From: Antedon mediterranea
Lineage: Eukaryota > Animalia > Echinodermata
Direction of reading: 5' to 3'
Assembly (NCBI RefSeq): GCF_964355755.1
Contig: NC_092671.1
Location: forward strand, 11,904,001-11,968,000
Length of the DNA stretch: 64,000 bases
Shown: positions 62,871 to 64,000 of the stretch, one piece after another
Layout: the number at the start of each line of letters is the position of its first letter
Position numbering within the stretch: position 1 is the first letter of the stretch
Notes under the pieces: generated by a model
The model's input: the letters and a program-made list of their open reading frames with translations, nothing else
Databases searched by the model: none
Told to the model about the DNA's origin: nothing
Position numbers and translations under genes: made by a program

Positions 62871-63079
62871 CTTTATAGCTATCCAGTGGGGGTAGCATAC
62901 TCTGATCTCGGCAAACTTTAAAATAAATCTCCTGTTTTACACCATAAGGTAGAGCTCCTTCTGGAATCACAATACTAACACCGGTCTCTTCCGATGTCAA
63001 TGTACCTCCCCTGTGATCAAAAAATCCTCTAGCGGTAGCTAATACCGTCTGTCCATCCATCTGGTCTGCATGTGTGTCT
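62871..63079 (-). CDS. TJP1: Tight junction protein ZO-1 homolog, ZU5 domain exon
   Basis: TVLATARGFFDHRGGTLTSEETGVSIVIPEGALPYGVKQEIYFKVCRD matches the ZO-1 ZU5 domain; tatag|...G|gtgagc. Confidence 0.92.
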
Positions 63080-63379
63080 CTATACAATGAGGAAGATTCT
63101 TGGATTGGAATAAATTATACAGAAAGATATCTATGGTTTATGCAAGTCACTAAAATACTGCATTATTGTAGTTATCGCTAGGTTGGTGGTTAACTTTACT
63201 TGCCAACCAATCTCAGGATGTTTAGTTCAATTCTGGCTTTAAAAAGTATTGTAACTGCATTATTTTGGTTTTGATTCCACAGGTATCTTATATATACCTG
63301 TAATAACATTGTTTGCTGCAGTAAATTAGCTTCTTCGGCAGGGAAATTATCATTATCATCATTATCAATCTACCACTTA

Positions 63380-63511
63380 TGCTTGGTTCCCAATAGGAAA
63401 AGACGTAACCAGTTTGACCAATGACAAGCGGTTGATTATTTGAACTACCTATTGTGTGTCATTTGTCAAATCACTTAAGTCCTTGCGCTGCATTCTAGTG
63501 GGAACCAAGCT
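63380..63511. mobile_element. PIF/Harbinger-like MITE
   Basis: TIR GCTTGGTTCCCAATAG / CTAGTGGGAACCAAGC with TTA on both sides. Confidence 0.75.
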
Positions 63512-64000
63512 TTAATGTTACACTGATACATTAATTCACAGATCTAGTGAATTATGTGGTCAACTAACCAGCAGTACTCTATTTAATCAAATTAACTTTA
63601 CACTTATGTTATATGTAGGAATGTTTTATATTGTATTATATGTAATTCATTATTTACACATGCAAAATTGTTATATTAATTAGGAAACATTAATTGTCTT
63701 AGTTTACCATCTTTACACACATAACAACCTTTTATACATTATAACAATTCATTTGAATGATTATAGAGTAAAATAAGGTTGTTCCAAGATTAATTAAACT
63801 AACATGAACAAATAAAGGTTTAAAAAAAATATTCCAAGGGAGATAAATAAATATGTAATGTATGAAATCAATTGAGTTACAAAATCTGAGGTAGGGTGGG
63901 GAATAGGAAAAGGAGACAGATATTGTGCAATAATATCAATTAAATAATATAAAAGAGTAAATTAAATGGGAAAGAAAAGATACTAAATAAAGTACAATAA

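Overview
AT-rich, intron-containing animal DNA. It is probably a marine deuterostome such as an echinoderm; this is an inference from the ZO-1/SAFB homologs, the TE spectrum and the frequent TAGGCCTA palindromes. Positions 1-49 kb are a gene-poor transposon graveyard containing: a 5'-truncated L1/Tx1 LINE split by a solo LTR, L2/CR1-group LINEs (one nearly full length), a degenerate Ngaro/DIRS retrotransposon, Penelope and Academ-like remnants, a non-autonomous Helitron, HINE/DINE-like elements, MITEs, tRNA-derived SINEs, and three large foldback palindromes. Positions 49.9-59.1 kb hold a complete 12-exon SAFB/SLTM-family gene on the minus strand (SAP + RRM + RE-rich, about 1210 aa by manual splicing). 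Positions 62.3-63.1 kb hold the last three coding exons of a ZO-1/TJP1 homolog (ZU5 domain, minus strand). The most unusual spots are a (TA)n-embedded cluster with an internal tRNA-Asp(ATC)-like cloverleaf beside a minimal hammerhead ribozyme, a 1.8-kb palindrome with no apparent TSD, two TATGG-ended foldbacks, and a permuted Ngaro layout. All calls were made by eye; no searches were run.
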